Shown here: positions 42,901 through 51,569 of the stretch, piece by piece | How the letters are laid out: every line of letters begins with the position of its first letter | Numbering within the stretch: position 1 is the first letter of the stretch | Origin: an uncultured Candidatus Poseidoniales archaeon | GTDB taxonomy: Archaea > Thermoplasmatota > Poseidoniia > Poseidoniales > Poseidoniaceae | Direction: 5' to 3' | DNA: 64,000 nt | Assembly: GCA_964613395.1 (NCBI GenBank) | Contig: CAZTGO010000002.1 | Coordinates: forward strand, 159,631-223,630 | The notes under the pieces: model-generated | Told to the model about the DNA's origin: nothing | Database searches by the model: none | Seen by the model: the letters and a program-made list of their open reading frames with translations, nothing else | Translations under genes and position numbers: made by a program

Positions 42901-44112
42901 GGACCACGGTGTCGTCCAATCGCTGTTTATCTCAGTTGGTTGTGCCCTACAAAACGCACCAGAAGAACAAACTGGATTGAGATTGAGATTTGGGAATCCA
43001 TAGATGCCTTGGTCTGAGTCAAGTGTGACAGCTATTGAAAAGTTAGCAAATGCTTCACCCATAGTTCTCCCGAGCATGCCAACTTGTCCGGCAAGAGGAG
43101 ATAACAGAAGATTTCGTACACCTGCACCACCTGTGGCAGGGTCTTGAACGAGTTGACGAACTGCAGGTCCTCCGCCGAGGTGGTCTTGCAGGTACATGGT
43201 AAAAAGGTAACCAGCACCATAGTCTGCGAACCGTTGATTCCACCATCGCACAGAAAGTTCAGGGGCGGCGGTCCACTGATTGACGTGGCTTACTAAGGTT
43301 GAATCGACACCGAAGCAGAGGTAAATGGCAACATCAGCATTACCTTCATCCAACCACAAATTTTCATATGGGTCGAGTGCGTTGTGAAGCAGATGCTCTA
43401 ATTCGTGAGCAAGAATCGATTTCCCCCAACTTAGTGTTATGTCGGCAAAATCAACAAAGATAGCTTCTCTTGAGCTAGCGAATGAAGGTGCAAAGTAGCC
43501 TCCTGTGTTGTACGCTCCGTCAATGGCATAGATGACAATTTGAATTTGGCAATTGTTGTCAACATCCGGTGGAGCAAGCCCTCGGCCATCTTGGTAATCC
43601 TTTCCGTAATAGGTTGTCATCGTTGGGTAAATTGTGTTGTCCCAAGTGCTCGCCAAGTTGTTCAATACGGTTGAGGACAATGTCCGGCCACTTTCGACGA
43701 TGAATGCTACGGATTGAGTCGTCTTTGCTACGTATGCACTGATTTGTCCTCCCGCTGTGTTGACATTTAGCGTGTCTCCAACGACATGTTGAGAACATGC
43801 TCGTGCAGAAGAACGTCCCGATGTTTGGGGATCAATCACCATGTCTTCTACTCCAGGCCGACCAGCATCAATCCAGGCCTGTCTCATGAATTGAGTTGCA
43901 GATACGACTGGTTGTTCTTCGTCAATAAAGAGGTATTGTGAGCCTGTCGATGGGTCGAAATCATTCAAATCACCGAGAATTGTTCCAATTGGAGCATCAT
44001 ATTCAGGTCGAATATCGTCGCTATCTGCTGAAGCAGGTACAATTGGGAGGAAAATTGAACATGCGAAAAGTAGAATGATGAATAAAGCCTTTTTGGAGCG
44101 AAAATCATACAT
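39913..44112 (-). CDS. giant secreted gluzincin-type metalloprotease with multiple PKD/Ig-like repeats and C-terminal TM anchor
   Basis: 1399 aa; signal peptide ALFIILLFACSIFLPIVPASA; HELEHLLH...EG (HExxH plus downstream Glu); repeated about 90-aa beta-modules (WxFGDG-like: YWNFGDNQ, FEWDWGDGT, FNWTFSDGS, SWDFGDATP); C-terminal FMGLIIVALILGYLWL then basic tail. Confidence 0.8.
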   Translation of the reverse strand: MYDFRSKKALFIILLFACSIFLPIVPASADSDDIRPEYDAPIGTILGDLNDFDPSTGSQYLFIDEEQPVVSATQFMRQAWIDAGRPGVEDMVIDPQTSGRSSARACSQHVVGDTLNVNTAGGQISAYVAKTTQSVAFIVESGRTLSSTVLNNLASTWDNTIYPTMTTYYGKDYQDGRGLAPPDVDNNCQIQIVIYAIDGAYNTGGYFAPSFASSREAIFVDFADITLSWGKSILAHELEHLLHNALDPYENLWLDEGNADVAIYLCFGVDSTLVSHVNQWTAAPELSVRWWNQRFADYGAGYLFTMYLQDHLGGGPAVRQLVQDPATGGAGVRNLLLSPLAGQVGMLGRTMGEAFANFSIAVTLDSDQGIYGFPNLNLNPVCSSGAFCRAQPTEINSDWTTPWSSTGNSVEGWGIRSFKFTPGSASPAPLTIRATASVSNFDGVVVTKATTDGLWSVTDLNFNNNVATALIPGFGNLTDEVWVITWYASTVADCDYTSCGPSYPQGTVDIEAARITSPATLSVNTTEVADRDGDGTGDTMEIGYDILSNAFFEDLDVEFNVRDNNGTVVDTLTRRVQAGGGSPVSNTVYFTAPKDNQYRIDFSMTDVIGTQVDTVTTSPTSLGNMAPTANGSLSQSDVQTWENIQFIGSGFDAWGLSNENNTLPYRDQPTAYYWNFGDNQTSNLKSPLRSYKDIGQYNATLRVQDQGGTWSDVDVEQLNVTDDSDPLPIISVNNVVIDESISLMTNQRILFSAGRSVDNVPIENLYFEWDWGDGTVDSGIGAYLQQHEWGDIQAENETFTLTLSVSDGMNTGTKEIEVTINNRLPIQIYSEQLSTSTYIPLQMPNIFVDDDGEIVSYLWTFEDGVYLGSKAPSRADDFIMTTSIDPNPYVSWDTPGQKSVTLQVTDDDGSQVTAQLYVNVYNQQPIAQFSVRTSTTSGSVPVDFRSEDAKIDTAYTFDGRLSMDPDGQIGDSSDITFNWTFSDGSTYDRPQVTHSFSTPGTHTVTLIVTDADNEQSFPRIVTLHVENPKPIISVKILDAWIDEEQVTSSTSFTNTTQIDYFTHTFDDENRIYTSPNNMLYFDSYGTRDADRMYEGKFSPLISNTEEWNGIVEYSWDFGDATPVDHSPMPYHAYILPGIYEATLTVRDSFGTGDVSRATFSIIVAHPPTIEEIVFPDDVYVETANAVYAKISNENGPLYLGDIYRDMNIEDGSIVDRDERISQEFEVLWDFNIEVDENANGNPEDDFVSPLAGSVSRASTNWEEPGTYTVLVLVCDGFGTCSSMYSEVEVTIEPSSRPSLSEFSADEWKSWLADAGSEFAKFMGLIIVALILGYLWLREPSEIEEAAKEAAETYNDLERVENQGGMLGMDHHKPPPAPKILSKDERRNSDSGYVRPLRRR

Positions 44113-44200
44113 TCTGTCACCTCAACATATTGAGAGCATGCTCTCTTTTTTTACGACATGAAAGGAGGTATTTAAGTGTCCGTCATTAAAGCATCACCTG

Positions 44201-45391
44201 ATGCAAGGCCGAATGTTGTCTGTTTGCTTCATTTTTCTTGTTGCTGTGTTGTATTCTCCATTGGCTACGGTGGGCAACTCAAAGCTTTATTATTCAGCAC
44301 AAAATGAAGACTGCTCAATTCTAAATGAATTGGATTTCAACGGAACACGCGCTTATTCTGATATCGAATGGCAAATTTCCCTCGGCCCGAGATTGCCCGA
44401 AAGCATCGCATCACTAAACTTCAGAGAAAATCTTTCGAGCATGCTTCTTGATCTTGGGTTTGAAGTTCAACTCAACGAGCATCAACATCAAAATTATAAC
44501 TTTACAAACGTTCAAGCAAGATATTCTCCATTAACAAACAATTCAAGTGAACTACCTCGAGTTGTGTTATCTGCCCATTATGATTCGAGGAATCATGCTG
44601 ACCGTGATGCGAATGTAAGTTACCATTCACAACCAATCGATGGTGCCAATGATGGCGGAAGTGGCACTGCGGTTCTCATGGAAATTGCAAGATTAATTCC
44701 AATGCTTGACTTACAATACACGATTGAACTTTTATGGACTGATGCAGAAGACCAAGATTCTAATTTTACTCTTGGAGCAAAAGCATGGGCTGAGAATTTA
44801 ACCCGAGAAGAAATTGAATCAATTGATTCGTTTATTCTGCTTGATATGGTGGGTGACAGGGATCTAAGACTCCAAAAAATCAGTCCAGGCAATGATTCAC
44901 TCTACACTCAGATATCATCAATTGCACACATACTCGGGTATGCGAATGCTTCCACCTGCCAGACTGATTTTCCCTTAGGGATTTTGGATTACTCCAACAC
45001 ATCCTTTGTATTTGATGACCATGTTCATCCCCATCAACTCGGTATTCCTTCAATCGACATCATGGACCCTGTGTACGGAAATGAAACGACCAACGGTTTC
45101 GGATCTTTGTGGCACACGATGAATGACACAATTGACAATGTTTCACCTGAATCCCTGCTAGCTGTAGGTAGAATTGTAGAATATGGTCTACTTAATGACA
45201 TGTTCATTGATTTCTACACGCCAAATAAAACGATAAATGAGGTTGAGAGCAATTCGAGCCAAATCGAACAAAATACAACAACTTCGGGTCATTCTTCGTC
45301 AAGTGTATATCAAATGACATTGCTCATTTCCGTGCCAATATTGTGTTTTATCGCTATAATATACAGAAGATCAACATCTCGTGCGCGGTAA
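44201..45391 (+). CDS. M28-family zinc aminopeptidase, secreted and C-terminally anchored
   Basis: 396 aa; signal peptide CFIFLVAVLYSPLATVG; zinc-ligand regions LSAHYDS, DGANDGGSGTAVLME, WTDAED, LDMVGD; C-terminal TM plus RRSTSRAR. Confidence 0.8.
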   Translation: MQGRMLSVCFIFLVAVLYSPLATVGNSKLYYSAQNEDCSILNELDFNGTRAYSDIEWQISLGPRLPESIASLNFRENLSSMLLDLGFEVQLNEHQHQNYNFTNVQARYSPLTNNSSELPRVVLSAHYDSRNHADRDANVSYHSQPIDGANDGGSGTAVLMEIARLIPMLDLQYTIELLWTDAEDQDSNFTLGAKAWAENLTREEIESIDSFILLDMVGDRDLRLQKISPGNDSLYTQISSIAHILGYANASTCQTDFPLGILDYSNTSFVFDDHVHPHQLGIPSIDIMDPVYGNETTNGFGSLWHTMNDTIDNVSPESLLAVGRIVEYGLLNDMFIDFYTPNKTINEVESNSSQIEQNTTTSGHSSSSVYQMTLLISVPILCFIAIIYRRSTSRAR

Positions 45392-45442
45392 GTAATGCAA
45401 GGTCTCATATCCGCGTATGCAGTGGATTAGGTAGGTGAGGTA

Positions 45443-46285
45443 ATGGATATTGACCGAGAGCAGCGTAAACAAGCTCTCCGAGAACGTGTCAAAAAACAAC
45501 TCCAACAAGATAATTCGGAGAATGAAATTGTGGTTTCTTCGGATGAACTCATCGTTCAGGACTCTCAAACGTTGAACCGTGCCGATCAAATCTATTCCTT
45601 CGTCAAAGAAGATTCAAACAGAGTTCAATCGGTTGCTTCAATGTGTATTTTGCTCGGAAGTATTCTCGGTGTCATTAGTGGGATTCTTATCTTTCAAGGG
45701 AATCCTGGCGATCTCTTGGCTTCTTCTTTCTTCTCTGAAACCGAAACCGTCGATGTAACTGGAGTTGTTTTGTTTGATGAAGATGGCGGAGGGCTTGTCG
45801 ATGTTCTCATCGAACTTCAAAATGAAGATGGTGTCACAGTACAAACAACAACTTCGAACTCAGACGGTTATTACAGGTTTGAAAATGTAACAACAAGCAC
45901 ACACATTCTCGTATTTTCTAAAGAAAGTTATCAGTCTATTGAGCGTACATTTGACCCTGATGGAGGAACTTCTTTGCCAGCAACAATGAGCCAAGGCGAT
46001 GGTATCCGTTCGGAAGATTTTCGAACCAACCAAGACGGCTGGAGTCTAGATTTAGCAGTAGGTCTATCTAGCATTATTGGAATCATCACGATCTCTTGTG
46101 GATTTATTGGTATTCAGGGTGCAGTTGAAGTTCGAAGGGCACGGCACTACAGACGTTGCCATTATCTGTCTGGAATCGGTTTATTCAGCCGAGGGCTCAT
46201 CATATTCGGCCCTCTCCTCATCTTACTTGGTATGATTCTCATCACATTTATCCGAGAGGAATTTGAAGATCAAACAGGTGTGTGA
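45443..46285 (+). CDS. membrane protein with a CarboxypepD_reg-like beta-sandwich domain
   Basis: 280 aa; TM helix, then VTGVVLFDEDGGGLVDVLIELQNEDGVTVQTTTSNSDGYYRFENV (CarboxypepD_reg-like pattern), then two to three C-terminal TM helices. Confidence 0.55.
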   Translation: MDIDREQRKQALRERVKKQLQQDNSENEIVVSSDELIVQDSQTLNRADQIYSFVKEDSNRVQSVASMCILLGSILGVISGILIFQGNPGDLLASSFFSETETVDVTGVVLFDEDGGGLVDVLIELQNEDGVTVQTTTSNSDGYYRFENVTTSTHILVFSKESYQSIERTFDPDGGTSLPATMSQGDGIRSEDFRTNQDGWSLDLAVGLSSIIGIITISCGFIGIQGAVEVRRARHYRRCHYLSGIGLFSRGLIIFGPLLILLGMILITFIREEFEDQTGV

Positions 46286-47643
46286 CCATGTACCTCATTT
46301 CTGTTGAGGGCGGTGATGGCTCTGGTAAAGGTGAAGCTGCACGAATTCTAACCGAATTATTGGCGGATTACCCCTTTTATGATGTGATTTCAACACATGA
46401 ACCAAGACGTCAAAGCGAACTTGGAAAACTTGCCTTAGATGCCGTCAAACATGGAACGAAGACGCCGCTCGAGGAGGCTGGTTTGTTTGCTGCAGATCGA
46501 TTAGATCATTCTCACACATTCATCTTACCCCACCTTGAGCAAGGTTCAGTTGTGGTGTCGGACCGAAATGTTCACTCATCACTCATCTACCAAGGCGTTG
46601 TAGGTGATTTGGGTATTCAACAGGTGGTCAAAATGAATGCTGCGGCTATGATACCAGATATCGTTTTTTGGATTGATTGCGATCCCGAAAAAGCGATGAA
46701 ACGGATTCAAACAGGGACGTTGCGTATGACGAGCGGGAAACAAGAATATTTTGAAACCACTGAGATTCAAATTAAAATTCGAAATGGCTTTCACCAACTT
46801 CTCTCCGGTGAGATTCTTGTACCACCACCGTTCGATAAATGTCAAATTGTTGGCCCAATAGCAAACGAAGGCGGCCTTGATGATTTGAAATCAAAATTAA
46901 AGGAAGAATTGAGGCGGTTTTTCAACAAACGAATGGAACCGCTCAATGTTTCATCCGACGATGTTGATAGGGTGTTGTTATCGAGACTCGTCGAGTCTGT
47001 GCAAATGCAACGAAGATTACCAGGGGCACCAATGGAAAAAACAGAATTACATACAGATTGGTTGAATGGTAAATCTCCTTCTTGGTGGTTTGAGCATGCA
47101 GAAAGCCGATGGAATCCAGATTCTGCAAGAGAACATGATGTCCCTGCAACTCCATTTGCACACTCATGTTGGTCGGTGCTTGGTACGTTATCTCTGATGG
47201 GGGGCTCTTGTGAGATACCTCGGTTGTACTCCTCATTCGGACCATCGAGGATGGTCACAAAACGACATACGCAACGACTAGTGAAGTGGTTGGTTGAGGA
47301 AAAATGGATTCACAAACAGCAATCTCACACTCCTTTTGTTGATGCTCAAGTGTTCAAATTGCGCGACGATACCGTTGGTTTTTCTAGATTAACCCTTGCG
47401 ATGTGGCCAGCAAGACATCTATTTTCATCCTGGAGAAGAGCAAATCCTTCGTCATCGTGGACTGATGCCTTTGATTCGATTTTTGGTTCCGACTCATCAA
47501 ACATGAGTGCTGTACATCAACGAATTGTAGGTCAAATCTCAAAACGACTTGAAATTCTCACAAGTGGTCATACAGGGTGCCCTGTTCCAAGGAATTTAGA
47601 AGAAATGGTTGTTTGGTGGTCAGTCGAACCACCTTCACTCTGA
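46282..47643 (+). CDS. tmk: thymidylate kinase fused to a roughly 250-aa C-terminal domain of unknown function
   Basis: N-terminus MYLISVEGGDGSGKG (dTMP kinase P-loop); LID/DRxxxS region VVVSDRNVHSSLIYQG; protein is 453 aa against about 200 aa for a stand-alone Tmk; the C-terminal half is Trp/Cys/Ser-rich with no motif I can name. Confidence 0.8.
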   Translation: MTMYLISVEGGDGSGKGEAARILTELLADYPFYDVISTHEPRRQSELGKLALDAVKHGTKTPLEEAGLFAADRLDHSHTFILPHLEQGSVVVSDRNVHSSLIYQGVVGDLGIQQVVKMNAAAMIPDIVFWIDCDPEKAMKRIQTGTLRMTSGKQEYFETTEIQIKIRNGFHQLLSGEILVPPPFDKCQIVGPIANEGGLDDLKSKLKEELRRFFNKRMEPLNVSSDDVDRVLLSRLVESVQMQRRLPGAPMEKTELHTDWLNGKSPSWWFEHAESRWNPDSAREHDVPATPFAHSCWSVLGTLSLMGGSCEIPRLYSSFGPSRMVTKRHTQRLVKWLVEEKWIHKQQSHTPFVDAQVFKLRDDTVGFSRLTLAMWPARHLFSSWRRANPSSSWTDAFDSIFGSDSSNMSAVHQRIVGQISKRLEILTSGHTGCPVPRNLEEMVVWWSVEPPSL

Positions 47644-48408
47644 TTCCTCATTTGATGCTAATATGAATTTTACACCACCGGGTAAGTTGACGGAAGCGGC
47701 GTTTTCGAAAAATTGGGACCTTGCACAATACATGCCAATGAACAAAATGGCAATTCCGAAGCCAAACGGAATACCGGTGATTAATCGAAGTGGATTTGTT
47801 GACTCATACGATGTGAGGAGTTGATAAAATCCATCAAAAATGAGTGGCAGGCAAAGAAGTGTGCCCAGACCAAGCCATGCCATTGTTCTCTTGTTTTTTG
47901 TGTACGTAGATTCTAACCATTTGTCCGGTATGATTGAAAGGCACGTGTCACGAACAGTCCACCTGTTCACTCCTCGGAAATAGAATGCTACGCTTCCGAG
48001 AAAGAGACCAAAGAATATTCCAACATCCCTAGCACAAACAGGCATCTGATTTTCATTCACTTCCCAACTTCGTTCATGCTTTTGGTGGCAATTTAGGTCT
48101 CCAAAGCCGTAGATAAAGGCTGCAAAAAAATGCAGATCAGACCATGCAAATTCCTTGTGTTGGACGATGCCGTCATCACCATGGTCGTGAGGTCCAGTGT
48201 TCTCATTCCCTGCACTGCCCCATGATGATTCATCATCTGATACATAATCAAACATGTTGGCGTTTCCAGAGAGGTTGCTCACAGTCCCCTCATCCAACGA
48301 GAGCGGTGCAAGAAAAAAAGATACGAGGAGAATTCCAATAACGACAGATGACCAAAACGAGAACTTCGTCTCCCGCTCTCGATGGCCTAGCCCATTTTTC
48401 TCGCTCAT
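47635..48408 (-). CDS. polytopic membrane protein, DUF2085-like
   Basis: 257 aa; several TM helices; CHQKHERSWEVNENQMPVCARDVGIFFG resembles the DUF2085 CHQ...RSF...CARC-GIY signature. Confidence 0.5.
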   Translation of the reverse strand: MSEKNGLGHRERETKFSFWSSVVIGILLVSFFLAPLSLDEGTVSNLSGNANMFDYVSDDESSWGSAGNENTGPHDHGDDGIVQHKEFAWSDLHFFAAFIYGFGDLNCHQKHERSWEVNENQMPVCARDVGIFFGLFLGSVAFYFRGVNRWTVRDTCLSIIPDKWLESTYTKNKRTMAWLGLGTLLCLPLIFDGFYQLLTSYESTNPLRLITGIPFGFGIAILFIGMYCARSQFFENAASVNLPGGVKFILASNEESE

Positions 48409-48479
48409 GATGATATATGCATTGCGGAGTTTATTGAATTTAGCATGAAATCTAAAGGTCTTGTCGCCTTGGGCTGTTT

Positions 48480-49112
48480 GTGGATGAAATTCCTCTCAAA
48501 CGTGTTGGAATCTCGACTGGCGTTCAAGCTGGTGCAGTCCTTGGGCTATATGTTGGATTTTCCGTAGCCGTAGTCTCAGCCTTAACCCGCCCAGATGATC
48601 TATTTCGTCATCTCAGATTGTTTTGCCTTTTTCCAATAGTTTTCGCCTTCACCCTTGGTCCAATGCTCGGGCTTCGAAAAATCCCCGACATTCCTTATGT
48701 CAATCCCCTCCATGAAGCTAGAGTAATCCTTGAAGAATACAATGAGGGACAAGGAAATTGGCGAACTGTTAGTCATGTTCAATCCGATGGACGAATGCTT
48801 CGAATCGATCTAAACAATTTGTCGAACATTCGTGGTGTGGTCAAAACTTCCTTGAAACTCTCGAATAAACATCCAATTCGATTTATCGTGGGGCGTGGTT
48901 CTAAAACAAGCCGAAATCCCGATTTACGAAACCATGTTTTGGGCTATATTGAGAAAGACATCCCCTCAACGAGAGTAAAGCGAACGACATCATCGATTGA
49001 AGTCATGCCACCGACTGTTCATTCTCAAGTCGAGAAATCAAATAAGATTGAAAAAATGGTTTTGTTAAGCTTACCAATTGTGATATTCCTCGCATGGTTG
49101 GAGTTACAATGA
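48480..49112 (+). CDS. membrane protein with a possible Smr-like domain
   Basis: 210 aa; two N-terminal TM helices; RIDLNNLSNIRGVVKTSLKL...IRFIVGRGSKTSRNPDLRNHVLGYI loosely matches the Smr pattern (lDLHG...v.iIhGkG). Confidence 0.4.
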   Translation: MDEIPLKRVGISTGVQAGAVLGLYVGFSVAVVSALTRPDDLFRHLRLFCLFPIVFAFTLGPMLGLRKIPDIPYVNPLHEARVILEEYNEGQGNWRTVSHVQSDGRMLRIDLNNLSNIRGVVKTSLKLSNKHPIRFIVGRGSKTSRNPDLRNHVLGYIEKDIPSTRVKRTTSSIEVMPPTVHSQVEKSNKIEKMVLLSLPIVIFLAWLELQ

Positions 49113-49160
49113 GTCTTGTGTCGAACAACACAATAAAAGGGATGAGGGCGACCACGAGTC

Positions 49161-49730
49161 ATGGGAGACTATGTTGTCTGTATTTCTGGTGCCTCTGGGG
49201 CAATCTATGGTCTTCGCCTCGTTGAAATTCTCACAACGCAAGGCCATTCTGTTCGGCTGGTTGTTTCAGATTCAGGAAGGTTAACCCTTCAACACGAATG
49301 CAATACAACTCCAGAAGAGATTGCTAAGAATACCGGAGCATTCCTTGAACATGCAGATAACGTTGCAGCAAAATCGGCATCAGGCTCCGCTAAAATAGAT
49401 GCAGTCATCATATGTCCTTGCTCGGGTACGACTATCGGAAAATTGGCAGCGGGCATAAGTGACAATCTCATTACACGCTCTGCAATCGTCGCAATGAAGG
49501 AACGTAGGAAACTCATCATCGTTCCTCGCGAAGCCCCTTATGCCACCGTGCACCTTGAAAATATGGCAAAAATATCCTCATGGGACACTATCATCATTCC
49601 AGCGTCCCCAGGGTTCTATCATCATCCGACTACAATTGATGACCTCATCGATTTCATCGTCGCAAGGATTCTCGACCACCTTGGCCTTGATATCGACTTG
49701 TCGGAACGATGGACTGGAGAAGAAATCTGA
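49161..49730 (+). CDS. ubiX: flavin prenyltransferase UbiX/PAD1 family
   Basis: 189 aa; VVCISGASGAIYGLRLVEIL flavoprotein N-terminus; family-typical length. Confidence 0.85.
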   Translation: MGDYVVCISGASGAIYGLRLVEILTTQGHSVRLVVSDSGRLTLQHECNTTPEEIAKNTGAFLEHADNVAAKSASGSAKIDAVIICPCSGTTIGKLAAGISDNLITRSAIVAMKERRKLIIVPREAPYATVHLENMAKISSWDTIIIPASPGFYHHPTTIDDLIDFIVARILDHLGLDIDLSERWTGEEI

Positions 49731-49826
49731 TACATCTATTTCTTCCTATCTGGTTGTTTTTATTCTCGAAACAAAACCATGCATTTCATGAACGATGATG
49801 AAATGGAATAAACCGAGGCGGTTGAT

Positions 49827-51569
49827 ATGTCCGGAGGTTACTCACCGTTTACTCTGCACGAATTGCGGGAGGAGGCAAAGAAACGTAGCCTTCCTGTATC
49901 GGGCACGAAAGCTCAATTGATTGAACGATTGGTCGAAAATGATGTGGCTTCATCGAATGCCAATGAAATGATTGATTCACAATCAAAATTTATTGAGATT
50001 AAGCAGCGATTAAGGGAACCTGCTTTAGGCCCAATATCTCTCGGAGGAGTGATTGCTTTTGGGATAGCAATCATGCTCGTGAGTACCGTTCTTATCGTTC
50101 GTCCAGCGTGGTTAGGTTTTGGAGAAGATTATAATTACGAACTCATCGATTACGACCAAAATATTGCACGACAATTTGCAGAAAATCTTGTGTCTTACGG
50201 CCATGGCGATTGGGAGGGTAGAATGAGTGGCACCTCTGAAGAACGAAATGTCTCTGAATATATTCTTTCAGAATTTGAATCCATGGGCATGAAAGGAACA
50301 TTGCACTCGTTTGAAGTGCCTATGCACCATGTTAATTCAGAACCAAGTTTCCGCGTCTGCTTGCGAGGATTCAATGTCAACCCATGCGATGGATTTTTGG
50401 CTGTTGGTTCAGATGTTACTTCATTTCAACACCGAGTTGATTATGTCATTCAAGGATTTTCAGGCCAATCAGAATACACATTCAATCAAGATGTTCAAGT
50501 CACAGACTTAGGTAACGGAAGTGATGACAGCCTCTGGAGTCAAGCAACTGGCACCATTGGATACGTTCGAAGCGGAGGGACAATCACTGGAAACACGGAT
50601 ATGTATGTGAAAGCGGTTGAAAACGACCTTGCCGGGCTCATCAGAGTCAACAAGGATTACAATTGTGGAAAAATCGAAGGCACTGATTGCGTACCAATCT
50701 TCAAAGGATCCTCTATAGACGCAATAACAGAAGCAAATGGAGGCTCTGTCCCAACCGATATCCCATTTATTGCAATGTCGAGGGATGCGGGTGAAATGTT
50801 TGAGAGTCTCATTTTCAACGGAAGCGGCAATGCGGTTGTCGAATTTCTTTTCGATGTAACAAATGATCAGCAACGAACAATCTACGTCCCATGCGGTGAA
50901 ATCGAAGGTAAAACCAGCGAGGTTGTCATTGCGGGCGGACACCATGACACCGTCTACCATGGGCAAGGTGCCATCGATGACACATCTGGAACTGCAAGCG
51001 TGCTAGAAATGGCTCGTCAAATCAGTTCAATTGTTAATCAAACCGGAATGCCAGACAGGACAATCCGATTTTGCACATGGGGTGGTGAAGAAGAAGGACT
51101 TTACGGCAGCAGGGCCTATGTCGATAAATTCAAGGCCGAACTCAAAGATGATTTGCGATTGTATGTGAACTTGGACATGAATCACGTTGACGCAGATTTT
51201 GAAAATCGAGGCAATTCGCTTCGATTATTTACAAACAATGCTGATGATTATGACCACATCGTGCGAATAACGAAGTTATACAAAGAGGAGCGTTCTAATG
51301 TCGCAACAAAATATGAAATTGATACATTGCTGTTACAAGGTCAGAAAGGAGAGCAAAATGGAATGCCATACAACTCAGACCACGGTCCGTTTGTGTATGA
51401 TATATCCGAATCGTACCGTGGAAGAGCAGTTGTCTGCTACGGAAGTGGCAGTTGGGAATACCATACCTATCTCGATACGCTTGACAGATTTAACGAAGAA
51501 TCACTTGGTGTTTCAGTTACGATATACGGCACATACATGCGGTATCTTGCATACAATCCAGATATGTGA
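49827..51569 (+). CDS. SAP-motif / TM / PA-domain / M28 peptidase fusion protein
   Basis: 580 aa; N-terminal SAP-like FTLHELREEAKKRSLPVSGTKAQLIERLVEND; TM helix ISLGGVIAFGIAIMLVSTVLIV; M28 zinc-ligand regions (GGHHDTV, DDTSGTASVLEMAR, GGEEEG, DMNHVD). Confidence 0.75.
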   Translation: MSGGYSPFTLHELREEAKKRSLPVSGTKAQLIERLVENDVASSNANEMIDSQSKFIEIKQRLREPALGPISLGGVIAFGIAIMLVSTVLIVRPAWLGFGEDYNYELIDYDQNIARQFAENLVSYGHGDWEGRMSGTSEERNVSEYILSEFESMGMKGTLHSFEVPMHHVNSEPSFRVCLRGFNVNPCDGFLAVGSDVTSFQHRVDYVIQGFSGQSEYTFNQDVQVTDLGNGSDDSLWSQATGTIGYVRSGGTITGNTDMYVKAVENDLAGLIRVNKDYNCGKIEGTDCVPIFKGSSIDAITEANGGSVPTDIPFIAMSRDAGEMFESLIFNGSGNAVVEFLFDVTNDQQRTIYVPCGEIEGKTSEVVIAGGHHDTVYHGQGAIDDTSGTASVLEMARQISSIVNQTGMPDRTIRFCTWGGEEEGLYGSRAYVDKFKAELKDDLRLYVNLDMNHVDADFENRGNSLRLFTNNADDYDHIVRITKLYKEERSNVATKYEIDTLLLQGQKGEQNGMPYNSDHGPFVYDISESYRGRAVVCYGSGSWEYHTYLDTLDRFNEESLGVSVTIYGTYMRYLAYNPDM

